DNA of 51,830 nucleotides from Candidatus Bathyarchaeota archaeon (GTDB lineage Archaea; Thermoproteota; Bathyarchaeia; Bathyarchaeales; DTEX01): assembly GCA_018396975.1 (NCBI GenBank), contig JAGTQA010000015.1:1-51830 (forward strand), written 5' to 3'. Position numbers and translations under genes: made by a program. Position 1 is the first letter of the stretch. Every line of letters starts with the position of its first letter. This document shows positions 1-9,555 of this stretch, in pieces. The notes under the pieces are model-generated. The model was not told the origin of the DNA. It saw only the letters and a list, made by a program, of their open reading frames with translations, and did no database searches.

Positions 1-17
1 AAATAAGCAAGATTTTT

Positions 18-95
18 TGGTGCGGCCGCCGGGATTTGAACCCGGGATCGCAGGCTTGGAAGGCCTGTGTCCTAACCAGGCTAGACGACGGCCGC
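18..95 (-). tRNA. tRNA-Gly (anticodon TCC), CCA encoded, no intron
   Basis: The reverse complement folds as a cloverleaf: GCGGCCG acceptor stem, anticodon arm CAGGC-CTTCCAA-GCCTG, T-loop TTCAAAT, 3' ACCA. Confidence 0.97.
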
Positions 96-178
96 TTATG
101 CTACTGTTGGAGGATTATATCTATTTGTTCTATGTTTTTCTCTATTTCTGGGATAATTAAATTTTTTGTAGGTCTGTT

Positions 179-1102
179 TTATAGGCGGGATATTTTGAAT
201 CTTGGGTGGTTTGGTGCTGGTCGCTTTCCCTCCTCCATTAGGATTTGTGCGTATGCTGCGTTTATTAGGCTTATTGCTGGAAACATATATTTGGCGTCGC
301 TTATCGGCCCATATAATACGAAGTCTGCGCCTATAGCTATTGGCAGCCCATTTGTTACTGCTGAGCATGCCATACTCAAAATCTTATCCTTCTTGTCTTT
401 GAGGGCTTTCCATGAGGCTATGGCGTTGTGGGCTCCACATCCGGCGGGATAGCCATAGCGCTCCTTAACCTCAAATATGGCTTTACATGCTAATCCTAGT
501 GTGGCTATATCTAGGACAACTGTGTCAACAAGAATATTCTCTATTCCGGCGGATTCGATGCGTGGTATGAGAGTTTCTAAAAGTTTAATCCTCTCTCTAT
601 AGGATATTATGGCCCTTGAGCTGTATGTTAGCGCTATAGCTGATCGGATCCCAACCTCCTTAGCCTTCTCATATATCGAGGATTTCGTCTCCGGGTTGAT
701 GGAGTTTAAAATGGTTCTGTCTATTATGCCAAGATCTCTGGCGGTCTCCATGCCGCTTAAGGCGGCCTCCTCAGAAACATAATCTATTAGGATGGGCATC
801 TTTGTTACGTCGGCTGCAAACTCAAGGTATCTTCTGGCATTCTCCGAACTGGAGCATACGACGTCGAGCATCGCTGGGAGCCCAGTCCTACTGGAGATAT
901 CTTCGAGCTCTGCGATTAGGGCTTTAGCTGCTTCACGATCGAATATGCCGGTTTTATCGTCTTGAACGCACTTATCGCCCTTATAAAATATGCTCCCAAT
1001 CATGACTGTTGGGTTCTCGCCGGGCTGACCGCCAACTTTAACGCCGCCTATATCAAAAACTATTTGCTCCCTACTAAATTTGAACATGGTGGATCCCTGC
1101 AC
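179..1102 (-). CDS. mtrH: Tetrahydromethanopterin S-methyltransferase subunit H family, standalone (likely start ATG 1087)
   Basis: N-terminal MFKFSREQIVFDIGGVKVGGQPGENPTVMIGSIFY, plus GCGAHNA and GADFVLYGP motifs typical of MtrH. Confidence 0.9.
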   Translation of the reverse strand: MQGSTMFKFSREQIVFDIGGVKVGGQPGENPTVMIGSIFYKGDKCVQDDKTGIFDREAAKALIAELEDISSRTGLPAMLDVVCSSSENARRYLEFAADVTKMPILIDYVSEEAALSGMETARDLGIIDRTILNSINPETKSSIYEKAKEVGIRSAIALTYSSRAIISYRERIKLLETLIPRIESAGIENILVDTVVLDIATLGLACKAIFEVKERYGYPAGCGAHNAIASWKALKDKKDKILSMACSAVTNGLPIAIGADFVLYGPISDAKYMFPAISLINAAYAQILMEEGKRPAPNHPRFKISRL

Positions 1103-1195
1103 GCTTGATTAAGAGTCTTTTATTGTTGGAAAATTTAACATTTTTGAATTCATTTAGAAAAAGGTATTATTGAGTGTTAAAGGGTTGCTGAGATT

Positions 1196-1804
1196 GTGAG
1201 GGGACGATTGATTTGTATTGAGGGGATTGATAAGAGTGGTAAGACGACGCAGTCCCGCCTTCTCGTTGAGGCGCTTAAGAATCTAGGGTTTGATGCAGTT
1301 TATACCGCTGAGCCTAGTAGTGGGGAGATTGGCAAGTTTATAGAGCGATATGTTTTGAGGAGGGAGAGACGTCTACCGGTTTCTGTGGAGGCGCTGCTCT
1401 TCGCTGCTGATAGAATTGAGCATTTTGAAAGGGAGATAAGGCCCATGCTTGAGAGGGGGAGAATAGTTGTCTCGGATAGATATGTTTATTCGTCCTTCGC
1501 CTATCAGGGCGCTGCCGGATTGGATATAGAATGGATTAAGGAGATCAATAAGATGGTTCCTGAACCGGATTTAGCGATATACTTAGACGTCCCAGTTGAG
1601 GTTGTGGTAGAGAGGTTGAGGGGGAAGCATAGAAGATCCGTTATGGAGTTCCCTGAGACGCAGAGAAGGGTTCGGGAAGTTTATATGCGCCTTGTTAGAG
1701 AGGGGAAACTCGTGCTTATTGATGGGAATCGCCCAATAGATGTTGTCTCGAAGGATATTCAAACGGTTGTCCTTAGAAAGTTAGGGCTTCAAACCAGTCC
1801 ATAA
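1196..1804 (+). CDS. tmk: Thymidylate kinase
   Basis: IEGIDKSGKTT P-loop, LLFAADR and DRYVYSSFAYQG motifs. Confidence 0.95.
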   Translation: MRGRLICIEGIDKSGKTTQSRLLVEALKNLGFDAVYTAEPSSGEIGKFIERYVLRRERRLPVSVEALLFAADRIEHFEREIRPMLERGRIVVSDRYVYSSFAYQGAAGLDIEWIKEINKMVPEPDLAIYLDVPVEVVVERLRGKHRRSVMEFPETQRRVREVYMRLVREGKLVLIDGNRPIDVVSKDIQTVVLRKLGLQTSP

Positions 1805-2335
1805 ACGCTTAATTTTCACCGCGCCATCTCCCCCTTTAGCCATCTCCAACCCTATGCGCTCAGCTAAGAATTTGAGGAGACCTTCCACCGATATACGCTG
1901 GAGCCCCCTTTCGTGGAATACTTGAACTTCAACCTCACTGTCTCTAAAGAGGAATCTAATGAAGTAGTAGTCGAATCTTAGGGCTCTAGGCCTAGACCCA
2001 CCATTTTTCCCAAGCGCGTAGTATCTGATGATGCAGAAGACATCCAGATTATGGAGGGTGCGTTTCTTAACCTCATCTAGGAGGGATTTTAGGATTTCCC
2101 CATCGATATAATTGAATACTAGGCCGTCGGCAACCCCAAACTCAAATATGACATTTATATTCGACCCAATTAGGGTCTTTAGATAGTCTCCTATGCTGCG
2201 GCCGTTTAATCTGTAGAGGGCATTTAAAATCGACTTTTGAACTTCAATCATCGGCAGGTTAAATTCCAGTATGGCGGCGCCATGATACCTGCTTGGGAAG
2301 TCCCAATAGGTTCCTAAACTGCCTTTGGACTTCAT
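1781..2335 (-). CDS. Hypothetical protein
   Basis: 184-aa ORF translationally coupled (ATGA overlap) to the upstream gene; no motif recognised. Confidence 0.7.
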   Translation of the reverse strand: MKSKGSLGTYWDFPSRYHGAAILEFNLPMIEVQKSILNALYRLNGRSIGDYLKTLIGSNINVIFEFGVADGLVFNYIDGEILKSLLDEVKKRTLHNLDVFCIIRYYALGKNGGSRPRALRFDYYFIRFLFRDSEVEVQVFHERGLQRISVEGLLKFLAERIGLEMAKGGDGAVKIKRLWTGLKP

Positions 2336-2703
2336 CCCTTAGATTTCCCAATCCTTCTTATTTTTTCAAGATTGTCCAATAATATTGAGATGACTGAGCC
2401 TAGTCTCTGGATTTCGTATGGGTCCTCCTCAGCCTTGAGTCTCTCGTTAATTTCCCAGATTTTTGTTAGGATTGTTGTCTCTGTTTGGCTTAGGGCTGAT
2501 AGGATCTCAATCTCTCTAGCCTCTTCCTCCTCCTTTACAACGATGACCTTCTTCTGGCATTGGGCGCACCATAATTCGCCGCTTTTAAGCTTAAAAATTG
2601 GTGACGCGCATGCTGGGCATGAGAGGTCGGTTAGTGTAGCTCCGCTCCTAAGTAGGTCGGCCATTAGGCGTATTTTGTCGCCCTTTCCGCCCTTCTCGGA
2701 CAA
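2332..2703 (-). CDS. UPF0148 / autoantigen p27-like Zn-ribbon protein
   Basis: MADLLRSGATLTDLSCPACASPIF...WCAQC pattern; GGAGG SD before a TTG start. Confidence 0.8.
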   Translation of the reverse strand: MSEKGGKGDKIRLMADLLRSGATLTDLSCPACASPIFKLKSGELWCAQCQKKVIVVKEEEEAREIEILSALSQTETTILTKIWEINERLKAEEDPYEIQRLGSVISILLDNLEKIRRIGKSKG

Positions 2704-2748
2704 TCTCCGCCGCCTCCAGCCCCTACTCTTTTATAGGCTTCCATGCTA

Positions 2749-2946
2749 TTAAGCCTTCTTAGCCTTATATATCTTGGTGAGGTCGATGGCGTCTCTAACA
2801 TTCTTTGCTCTCGCTAAAATCCTAATCTTCTGGGCATCTATTTGAATCTGGTATCCGCATTTTAGGCACCTTGCTGTCTTCTGCCCCTCCCTAGCGTATC
2901 TAACCATACCGCACCTTGGGCAAGCGAAAATTATGTAGTCGGTCAT
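2749..2946 (-). CDS. Small Zn-ribbon protein (DUF1922-like)
   Basis: YIIFACPRCG...KTARCLKCG, two CxxC pairs; TATA-like element upstream. Confidence 0.75.
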   Translation of the reverse strand: MTDYIIFACPRCGMVRYAREGQKTARCLKCGYQIQIDAQKIRILARAKNVRDAIDLTKIYKAKKA

Positions 2947-3038
2947 GATGCTGAACCGCTAACAATTAGGATTATGACATAATATAAGTCTTCCCTCCGG
3001 ATTACTTTCCGGAGGAGCCCTAGGCCGCTCCCATGGAT

Positions 3039-3076
3039 GATACCTCCCTATCTTCCCGAATACCCTATCCTCCTCC
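3039..3076 (+). repeat. Dispersed ~38-bp intergenic repeat, copy 1
   Basis: GATACCTCCCTATCTTCCCGAATACCCTATCCTCCTCC; matches the copies at 19853 and 35573 (the latter reversed). Confidence 0.85.
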
Positions 3077-3117
3077 TGAACTTAGTGGCTTATTATGTGG
3101 ATAGGATGAAATGTGCT

Positions 3118-4104
3118 CTAGGTAAGTCTATATAATGTAAAGCTGAATACTCCGTTCTTGTAGGCTGGATCTATAACTTTCGGTATAACTGGAACTGGCA
3201 GTGCTATGTGCTTGTAAAACCTAACGTCTCCCCTCTCAGCCTCAATTATAACGTCCCATTCGGAGACTGATACTCTTATGTCGCCCTCTTCTAGGCCGGG
3301 CATATAGGCCATAATGAAAACTAAATTTGGCTCAACATAAATATCTACGAGCGGGGCTCTAACCCAAGGTGCCACAATAGGTCTAATGGCCTCCTCAGCG
3401 GCGGCTACGGGTTTTCTCCTCGGCTTTATATTGAAAGCCTTCACGACCATCAGTCCGAAGACAAAGCCCCCTATATGAGCCCAGAAGGCTACACCGGATT
3501 TTATACCAGTTAGGGATACAACGCCCATCAGTAGCTGGTAAATGAACCAGAAGCCTAGATAGAAATATGCTGGTATGCTGACTACCGTGATAAATATGTA
3601 GAATACTAGTGTTCTTATCCTAGCCTTGGGATATAGGAGCATGTAGGCGCCTAAAACGGCTGATATTGCCCCGGAAGCCCCAACGGCTGGCGTTATAAGG
3701 TCAGCGATCACATAGTAGATTGGCGCCGTGTAAAATGATAGGAGCGCTGAGGCCGTATGCGTTAGGCTGGCAAATAGACCTCCAGCCAGATAGAAGGCTA
3801 GGTATTTCCCATGTCCAAGTGCATCCTCAACATTATCGCCGAAGATCCAGAGGTAGAGCATGTTCCCGAGGAGATGTAGGATGTCAGCGTGAAGAAACAT
3901 GCTTGTAAAGATTGTTTCGAGTCTTTTCCCCTCAAGAATATAGATTGGCCGCATCCCATAATTGTTGATAGCCGACCTAAGAGATCTCTCAAGAAGGGGG
4001 TCTTGGAGAATGAAAAAGAAGAAAACTAGGATATTTATGAGTATTAACACATAGTTTATGTATGGTCTTCTAGAGGGCCTATTCTCATCATGGATCGGTA
4101 TCAT
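3118..4104 (-). CDS. Rhomboid intramembrane serine protease with a C-terminal Hsp20/alpha-crystallin-like domain
   Basis: HLLGNMLYLWIFG, catalytic GASG and AHIGG. The C-terminus PLVDIY...MPGL..DIRV...YKNGVFSF resembles an alpha-crystallin domain. Confidence 0.88.
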   Translation of the reverse strand: MIPIHDENRPSRRPYINYVLILINILVFFFFILQDPLLERSLRSAINNYGMRPIYILEGKRLETIFTSMFLHADILHLLGNMLYLWIFGDNVEDALGHGKYLAFYLAGGLFASLTHTASALLSFYTAPIYYVIADLITPAVGASGAISAVLGAYMLLYPKARIRTLVFYIFITVVSIPAYFYLGFWFIYQLLMGVVSLTGIKSGVAFWAHIGGFVFGLMVVKAFNIKPRRKPVAAAEEAIRPIVAPWVRAPLVDIYVEPNLVFIMAYMPGLEEGDIRVSVSEWDVIIEAERGDVRFYKHIALPVPVIPKVIDPAYKNGVFSFTLYRLT

Positions 4105-4108
4105 CGCC

Positions 4109-5263
4109 CTATTTTCCCACCGCCATCTTGGAGACTCCGGAGGAATCTAAGATTTTCTTCACCGCCCTCTTATAGATTTCTATGCTGGCTAAATACTCCG
4201 TTATGCTTATGTACTCGTTTGGTGTGTGGCTTAGGCTTGAGTCTCCGGGACCATATGTTGCAACCGGCACATTATAGTGTGCTCCGAAGATGTTCATGTC
4301 CCCGGTTCCAGTCTTCCGGAGGAGCCTCGCCTCCTCACCAGTTACCTCTAGGATTGCATCCTTTAAGGATTTTACTACAACCGTGTCTCTCCTAGCCACG
4401 TAGGGTTCAACCCTATCAATAATTCTTAGTTTAGACGCTAACCCATAATTTTCCGCCCTAAAATCGTCGATTAAGCCGCCAATTATCTTCATGGCATCAC
4501 CACACTTTATTGTCGGCGGCAATCTTAGGTCAACCTCTAGAGTGCATATGTCCGGTATGCTCCTCGTTGTTCCACGGCCGGAGATTCCGGTTAATGCTGG
4601 TGTGAGAGAGTAGAATATTCCATAGGGCGATTTATACTCCCGCTCGCATCTCTCCTTGAGTTTACTCCAGAACTCAAAACCCTTCTCTATGGCATTCGGT
4701 AGTAGGTGTTGGGCTCCCACATGTCCGGTGGCTGTTCTAAACTCAATCCTAATTTTTAGGTGGCCCTTATAGGCGAACACCACATTTTTTATTCCACTAG
4801 GCTCTCCAAAAATTGCATAATCAATACTCGGCCTATCCCTCACTAGGCGCTTAATTCCCCTAGCCCTCCCCTCCTCATCAACAACACATGCGACCAGAAT
4901 CCTACCCCGAGAGAGACTTGACTTCAGACTTGAGGCTGAGATTATCATGGCCGCTAGGGATGATTTTGCATCCACGGAGCCCCTACCATATAGCCTATCG
5001 CCCTCAACCCTAACCGGTATCCACCCGGGCACTGTATCCATGTGTCCACATAGGAGAATAGTTGGGCCGGCGGAGCCAACCTCGCCATAAACGTTATTGA
5101 CTGAATCCGTCCAAACCCTACTGAAGCCAGCCCTCTTAAGCTCATCAGCCAAGTAGGATGCTATCTTATCTTCTTTTCCACTCGGACTGTAGATTTCAAG
5201 CATTCCCCTCAGAAGCTCTAGCGGATACATCTCATCTTGGTACATGTTAAATCCGCATGCCAA
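4109..5263 (-). CDS. lysK: [LysW]-lysine/ornithine hydrolase (M20 peptidase)
   Basis: [18 protein letters not shown] and [13 protein letters not shown] motifs; last gene of the lys operon. Confidence 0.92.
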   Translation of the reverse strand: MACGFNMYQDEMYPLELLRGMLEIYSPSGKEDKIASYLADELKRAGFSRVWTDSVNNVYGEVGSAGPTILLCGHMDTVPGWIPVRVEGDRLYGRGSVDAKSSLAAMIISASSLKSSLSRGRILVACVVDEEGRARGIKRLVRDRPSIDYAIFGEPSGIKNVVFAYKGHLKIRIEFRTATGHVGAQHLLPNAIEKGFEFWSKLKERCEREYKSPYGIFYSLTPALTGISGRGTTRSIPDICTLEVDLRLPPTIKCGDAMKIIGGLIDDFRAENYGLASKLRIIDRVEPYVARRDTVVVKSLKDAILEVTGEEARLLRKTGTGDMNIFGAHYNVPVATYGPGDSSLSHTPNEYISITEYLASIEIYKRAVKKILDSSGVSKMAVGK

Positions 5264-5273
5264 GAATTATTTG

Positions 5274-6482
5274 TTAGATGCCAGTCTCTTTAAGAAGGCT
5301 CTCTTCCTCAGATATCGCTACCCTGAGAACTTCAGCAACCTTCTCCAGCTGCTCCATGCTTATTACTAGCGGTGGGAGGAAGCGTATCACGTTCCTACCG
5401 CAATAGAGCAATATTACCCCCATCTTTAAAGCCCTCATGAGGATATTATAAATGTCCACTCTAGCCTCTAAGCCCAGCATTAAGCCTAAGCCTCGGGCCT
5501 CCCTTAAGATCCTAAATTCACCGACTAAACCATCTAGAATCTTTTTGAAGCGCTCCCCTAGAACCCTCGCCCTATCAACAAGATTCTCCTCCAATATCAC
5601 GTCTATTGTTGCGCATGCTGCTGCACATGCAAGCGGGTTCCCGCCGAATGTGCTTGTATGCTCTCCAACCTTAAGCGACCCCATCACATCGTTTCTGCCA
5701 ATAGTCGCCCCTATTGGCACACCGCCCCCCATAGCCTTAGCAACACACATTATATCCGGCTTAATATTCCAGTGCTCTGATGCCCACATGCGCCCAGTCC
5801 GCCCAAAGCCGGTTTGAACCTCATCGAATATTAAAACAATTCCATGCTCATCGCAGAGTTTACGTAGGCCCTCTAAAAAGCCGTTTGGTGCAACATGAAT
5901 CCCTCCCTCACCTTGAATCGGCTCAACGATCACCGCCGCAGTATCCTCCGTTATCGCCTCCTCAACCCTATCAAGTCTACCAAACGGCACAAACTTAAAG
6001 TTTGGGCTTAAAATTTGCTTGAATGGCTCACGATATTTTGGGTTCCATGTTGCTGATAATGCGCCGAGAGTCTTGCCGTGGAAGCCCCTAACCATGCTTA
6101 TAATTTCGCGCTTACCAGTATATTTTATGGCAGCCTTTATTGCGCATTCTACCGCCTCAGCTCCACTGTTAGACAGAAATATTTTTTCCAGTCCCCTCGG
6201 GGCTATTTTAACCAGCTTCTCTAGAAGCTCGGCCCTCTTATCATTATATAGTGATCCGTGGCATGCTATAAGTCTCTCACACTGCTCCTTAACGGCCTTA
6301 ACAATCTTTGGGTGACAATGTCCAACTAGGCTTACACCATATCCGCCCATACAGTCTATATAGGCTTTCCCATTCACATCGTATAGGAGCGCCCCCTCAC
6401 CCCTAACAACGCATACTGGAAACTTCTGGTAGACGTTTGCGAGGTAAGAATTCTCTATGGCTATTATCTCCTCCTCATTCAG
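5274..6482 (-). CDS. lysJ: [LysW]-aminoadipate/glutamate semialdehyde aminotransferase; probable CTG start at 6482
   Basis: Class-III PLP motifs (SGAEAVE, FHGKT, DEVQTGFGRTG, AKAMGGG). The frame stays open and family-like for 35 codons upstream of the track start (NEEEIIAIENSYLANVYQKFPVCVVRGEGALLYD) up to a CTG preceded by a GGTGA SD. Confidence 0.92.
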   Translation of the reverse strand: MNEEEIIAIENSYLANVYQKFPVCVVRGEGALLYDVNGKAYIDCMGGYGVSLVGHCHPKIVKAVKEQCERLIACHGSLYNDKRAELLEKLVKIAPRGLEKIFLSNSGAEAVECAIKAAIKYTGKREIISMVRGFHGKTLGALSATWNPKYREPFKQILSPNFKFVPFGRLDRVEEAITEDTAAVIVEPIQGEGGIHVAPNGFLEGLRKLCDEHGIVLIFDEVQTGFGRTGRMWASEHWNIKPDIMCVAKAMGGGVPIGATIGRNDVMGSLKVGEHTSTFGGNPLACAAACATIDVILEENLVDRARVLGERFKKILDGLVGEFRILREARGLGLMLGLEARVDIYNILMRALKMGVILLYCGRNVIRFLPPLVISMEQLEKVAEVLRVAISEEESLLKETGI

Positions 6483-7281
6483 CTGTTATCACCGTTCCAT
6501 TTAAACCATTTAAGGCACTTATCAGAGGATTCTCCACTAGGCCGCACGCTATAATGGCCTCTTTAACTCCCGCCTCCAAGGCCTCTATCGAGGCAATAAC
6601 CTTCTTATCCATGCCCGAACCTATCTTGGGCAGGATCTCCCTAGCACCGCTTAAGGTTATCCTCTTAATGTATTCCTCACCCAACAATATTCCTGGAACA
6701 TCCGTTAGGAAGATTATTTTGTCAGCCTTTAGGGCACCAGCTATCTGTCCAGCAGCCCTATCACTATCAACATTCAAGTACTCGTTTTCCCTGCCCAAAG
6801 CTATTGGCGAGACAACTGGCAAGTATCCATGGTCGATGAGGATCTTAAGCAGACGCGAATTAACCTCAAGTATTTTACCGGTAAAGCCCCCATCAATTAT
6901 ACGCTTCCTACCCCTCTCGTCAACTATAATGAGCTTCTTCTTCCTCTCCGCCAGCATTAATGTACCGTCTATGCCCGATAAGCCAACAGCCGATATATTA
7001 TGGCTTATAAGCCATCTGACAATCGCCTTATTTATCTTGCCAGCCATAACCATAGTGTATATCTCCACGGTCTCCCAATCCGTATATCGGCTCCTTATAC
7101 CCTCGGGAGAAACTACAAAAACCTGTTTTTTACCGAGCTTCTCAGCAACCTCCGTAACCTCATCTCCGCCGCCATGGACAATGGCGATACTATCATTTTC
7201 TAGAACCCTCTTTATGTCATTAGCTAGGGTGTCATTCAGCCCCCTCTTAAATATGTCCCCGCCGATTTTGAGAACTATCAT
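6475..7281 (-). CDS. lysZ: [LysW]-aminoadipate/glutamate kinase
   Basis: MIVLKIGG, VHGGG, SRYTD and LNVDSDRAA motifs; start trimmed to ATG 7281. Confidence 0.93.
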   Translation of the reverse strand: MIVLKIGGDIFKRGLNDTLANDIKRVLENDSIAIVHGGGDEVTEVAEKLGKKQVFVVSPEGIRSRYTDWETVEIYTMVMAGKINKAIVRWLISHNISAVGLSGIDGTLMLAERKKKLIIVDERGRKRIIDGGFTGKILEVNSRLLKILIDHGYLPVVSPIALGRENEYLNVDSDRAAGQIAGALKADKIIFLTDVPGILLGEEYIKRITLSGAREILPKIGSGMDKKVIASIEALEAGVKEAIIACGLVENPLISALNGLNGTVITAE

Positions 7282-7303
7282 CCTCCACAGCCACCATATT
7301 CTT

Positions 7304-8356
7304 CTAAATTGGGTGTAGGGCGGAGTAGCGCAGTCCCTCCCTCTCATCCCAACCACACATAATATTCATGTCTTGAACCGCTGTTCCAGCAGCACCCTTC
7401 ATTAAATTGTCTATGGCCGAGAATATTACGAGCCTATTAACGTGATCATCTATCTCAAAACCTATATCGCAATAGTTTGAACCGACAACAATCTTTGGAT
7501 CCGGATATCTAAATACTCCTTTAGTATCGCGTATGAACCTAATGAATGGCTCATTAGCGTAGAATCCTCTATAGGCTCGCCAAACCTCGATCGGCGCGAT
7601 TGGCTCCCTAAGGAAGACGTGGCATGTTGACAGTATGCCCCTAACCATATTAACGGCGTGGGCAGACATAGATATTCTAACCTTCTCACCACATATTAGG
7701 CTTAGCTCCTGCTCTATCTCAGCGGTATGTCTATGCCCAGCCGGCTTATAAGGCCTAACAACACTATAATGTTCTGAGTGGTGGGAGGATAGCGAAGGCT
7801 TGGCGCCGGCTCCGGAGGACCCAACCTTAAAATCTATGACAATCCTATCCCTATCAATCTTAGTTGACTTGATTATTGGTGCAAGGGCCAGTATGCCGGC
7901 TGCAGCCATGCAGCCTGGAACCGCAACTAGCTGAGCATTCCTAATCTCATCACGATGTAGCTCCGGTAAGCCATAAACCGCCTTCTCCAGAAGCTCCGGA
8001 TTTTTATGGCTCCAACCATACCACTTTACATAGTCCTCTGGATTCTTAAGTCTGAAGTCTGCGCTTGTATCGATAACTTTGAGCCCTGCCTCGAGGAGCT
8101 GGGGCATAAACGCCGATGATACCCCATGTGGTGTTGCCACGAAGAGTATGTCGCATAGATCCGTAACCTTGGCGGGGTCGGACTTAATGAATTTTAGGGT
8201 TGTTTGTCCCTTAAGGTTCGGGTGAACCCTATGGATATACTCGTCAGCATAGGTGTTTGAGGTCGCCGCTGTCACCTCAACCTTTGGATGCGAGAGCAGT
8301 AATCGGAGGAGTTCGCCGCCAACATATCCGGATGCGCCGAAGATTCCAACCCTCAC
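7304..8356 (-). CDS. lysY: [LysW]-aminoadipyl/glutamyl-phosphate reductase (ArgC family)
   Basis: GASGYVGGE, catalytic PGC, GSSGAG and DNLMKGAAG motifs. Confidence 0.94.
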   Translation of the reverse strand: MRVGIFGASGYVGGELLRLLLSHPKVEVTAATSNTYADEYIHRVHPNLKGQTTLKFIKSDPAKVTDLCDILFVATPHGVSSAFMPQLLEAGLKVIDTSADFRLKNPEDYVKWYGWSHKNPELLEKAVYGLPELHRDEIRNAQLVAVPGCMAAAGILALAPIIKSTKIDRDRIVIDFKVGSSGAGAKPSLSSHHSEHYSVVRPYKPAGHRHTAEIEQELSLICGEKVRISMSAHAVNMVRGILSTCHVFLREPIAPIEVWRAYRGFYANEPFIRFIRDTKGVFRYPDPKIVVGSNYCDIGFEIDDHVNRLVIFSAIDNLMKGAAGTAVQDMNIMCGWDEREGLRYSALHPI

Positions 8357-9216
8357 TTCTTCATCACCTTAATAGCATACTCGATGATTTTTTCCGGTAT
8401 ATTAACTTTGGTTGCTGAGTATAAGCCCTTAAACTCCGGTGTATTATTAACTTCATGCACAATTATGCCATCAGGTGACTCCATACAGTCAATGGCGAGA
8501 ACTCCCCCTCCAACGGCCCTAGAAGCCCTAATAGATAGCTCAACAACCTCATCGGTTATTGGGAATGGTTCGGTTCTTCCACCACGTGCAACATTAGTCC
8601 TCCACTCCCCATTAGCTGAGTATCGGTAGGCTGCCGCAACAACCTCATCCCCGATGGTTAATATGCGTATGTCCCTTGGGGGCCTCCTCACATACTCCTG
8701 AAGATAATATATCTGCATTAGTGAGTTCTGCATCTCTTCACGGGACTCTATAAGCGCTTGGGCCGAGTCCCTATCTCTAACAAGCGCAACCAAACGCCCC
8801 CAGCTACCCACAACCGGCTTTAGAACAGCTGGGTACCCTAAAACCTCTAGGGCTTTAAAGGCGCTTTCATCAGTGAATGCTACAAGGGTCTTTGGGACTG
8901 GAACACCGGCCTTAACCAACGCTAGGGTTGTGAAGAGCTTATTGCCACATATTAGGGAGACATGGAATGGATTAATCACCTCCACACCGAAGTTCTCTAG
9001 GATAGCCGTTATATGCAGCCCCCTAAAGTAGCTTATACATCGCTGTAGCACTAGATCGCCAAACTCCTCCTTAATCCCCCTAGAATCTCCTGAAGTGCTT
9101 AGATAGATCTCCTTTGAGTCTATTGGCTTCAGGTCTAGCCCGAGCCTTCTAGAGGCCTCTATTAGCGCCTTCTCCTCCCACCTAATTCTATCATACACTA
9201 GGCCCATTCGATACAT
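8353..9216 (-). CDS. lysX: Alpha-aminoadipate/glutamate-LysW ligase (RimK-like ATP-grasp)
   Basis: KPVVGSWGRLV, WRTNVARGG and HEVNNTPEF motifs; adjacent to lysW. Confidence 0.93.
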   Translation of the reverse strand: MYRMGLVYDRIRWEEKALIEASRRLGLDLKPIDSKEIYLSTSGDSRGIKEEFGDLVLQRCISYFRGLHITAILENFGVEVINPFHVSLICGNKLFTTLALVKAGVPVPKTLVAFTDESAFKALEVLGYPAVLKPVVGSWGRLVALVRDRDSAQALIESREEMQNSLMQIYYLQEYVRRPPRDIRILTIGDEVVAAAYRYSANGEWRTNVARGGRTEPFPITDEVVELSIRASRAVGGGVLAIDCMESPDGIIVHEVNNTPEFKGLYSATKVNIPEKIIEYAIKVMKK

Positions 9217-9222
9217 GTGTTT

Positions 9223-9396
9223 TTACTCGCCCCAGTCCTCACCCTCTATCTCGGCTGGTTTAAGGCTCACTAAACCCTTCTCATCAAACCTAACTTCTAG
9301 GTCTAGGCCGCAGTCTGGGCAGCTGACAATCTCGCCTGAAATCGCATCCTCTGGAATACTTATCTCGGCATCACATTCGGGACATTTTGCCTTGAA
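9223..9396 (-). CDS. lysW: Amino-group carrier protein LysW (57 aa; not in the ORF track; no standard start codon)
   Basis: Manual translation: FKAKCPECDAEISIPEDAISGEIVSCPDCGLDLEVRFDEKGLVSLKPAEIEGEDWGE*. Two CxxC pairs and the C-terminal EDWGE signature. Confidence 0.93.
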   Translation of the reverse strand, partial: FKAKCPECDAEISIPEDAISGEIVSCPDCGLDLEVRFDEKGLVSLKPAEIEGEDWGE

Positions 9397-9440
9397 GGCT
9401 CCCGCCCCCTATCACGCTCTAATAGGAGAATAACATTTTC

Positions 9441-9471
9441 TTTATAAATATTTCGGATTCCTCAAAGAATC
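9441..9471 (-). promoter_or_regulatory. lysW operon promoter (BRE/TATA) with an adjacent inverted repeat, a putative Lrp/LysM site
   Basis: The minus strand reads CCGAAA-TATTTATAAA. GATTC-N6-GAATC (9456-9471) lies immediately upstream of the BRE. Confidence 0.55.
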
Positions 9472-9555
9472 TTTAAGATATTCGCCATAATATATTTTTT
9501 CCTAAAATAATTTATATACCCAATTAAGGAATTTTTATTCTTGGGAAGAGATAGA

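Noticed and set aside
179..1102. mtrH/mtd as evidence of methanogenesis
   Set aside because: There are no mcr or mtrA-G genes in the window, and these genes also occur in non-methanogens.
3030..3082. Repeat copy 1 as a C/D-box sRNA (GATGAT...CTGA)
   Set aside because: Box C is imperfect and the boxes are not kept in the other two copies.
6437..7318. Long antisense ORFs (e.g. 6437..7318, 20876..21601, 34243..34803, 44453..45139)
   Set aside because: They are shadows of well-supported genes on the opposite strand and have no recognisable motifs.
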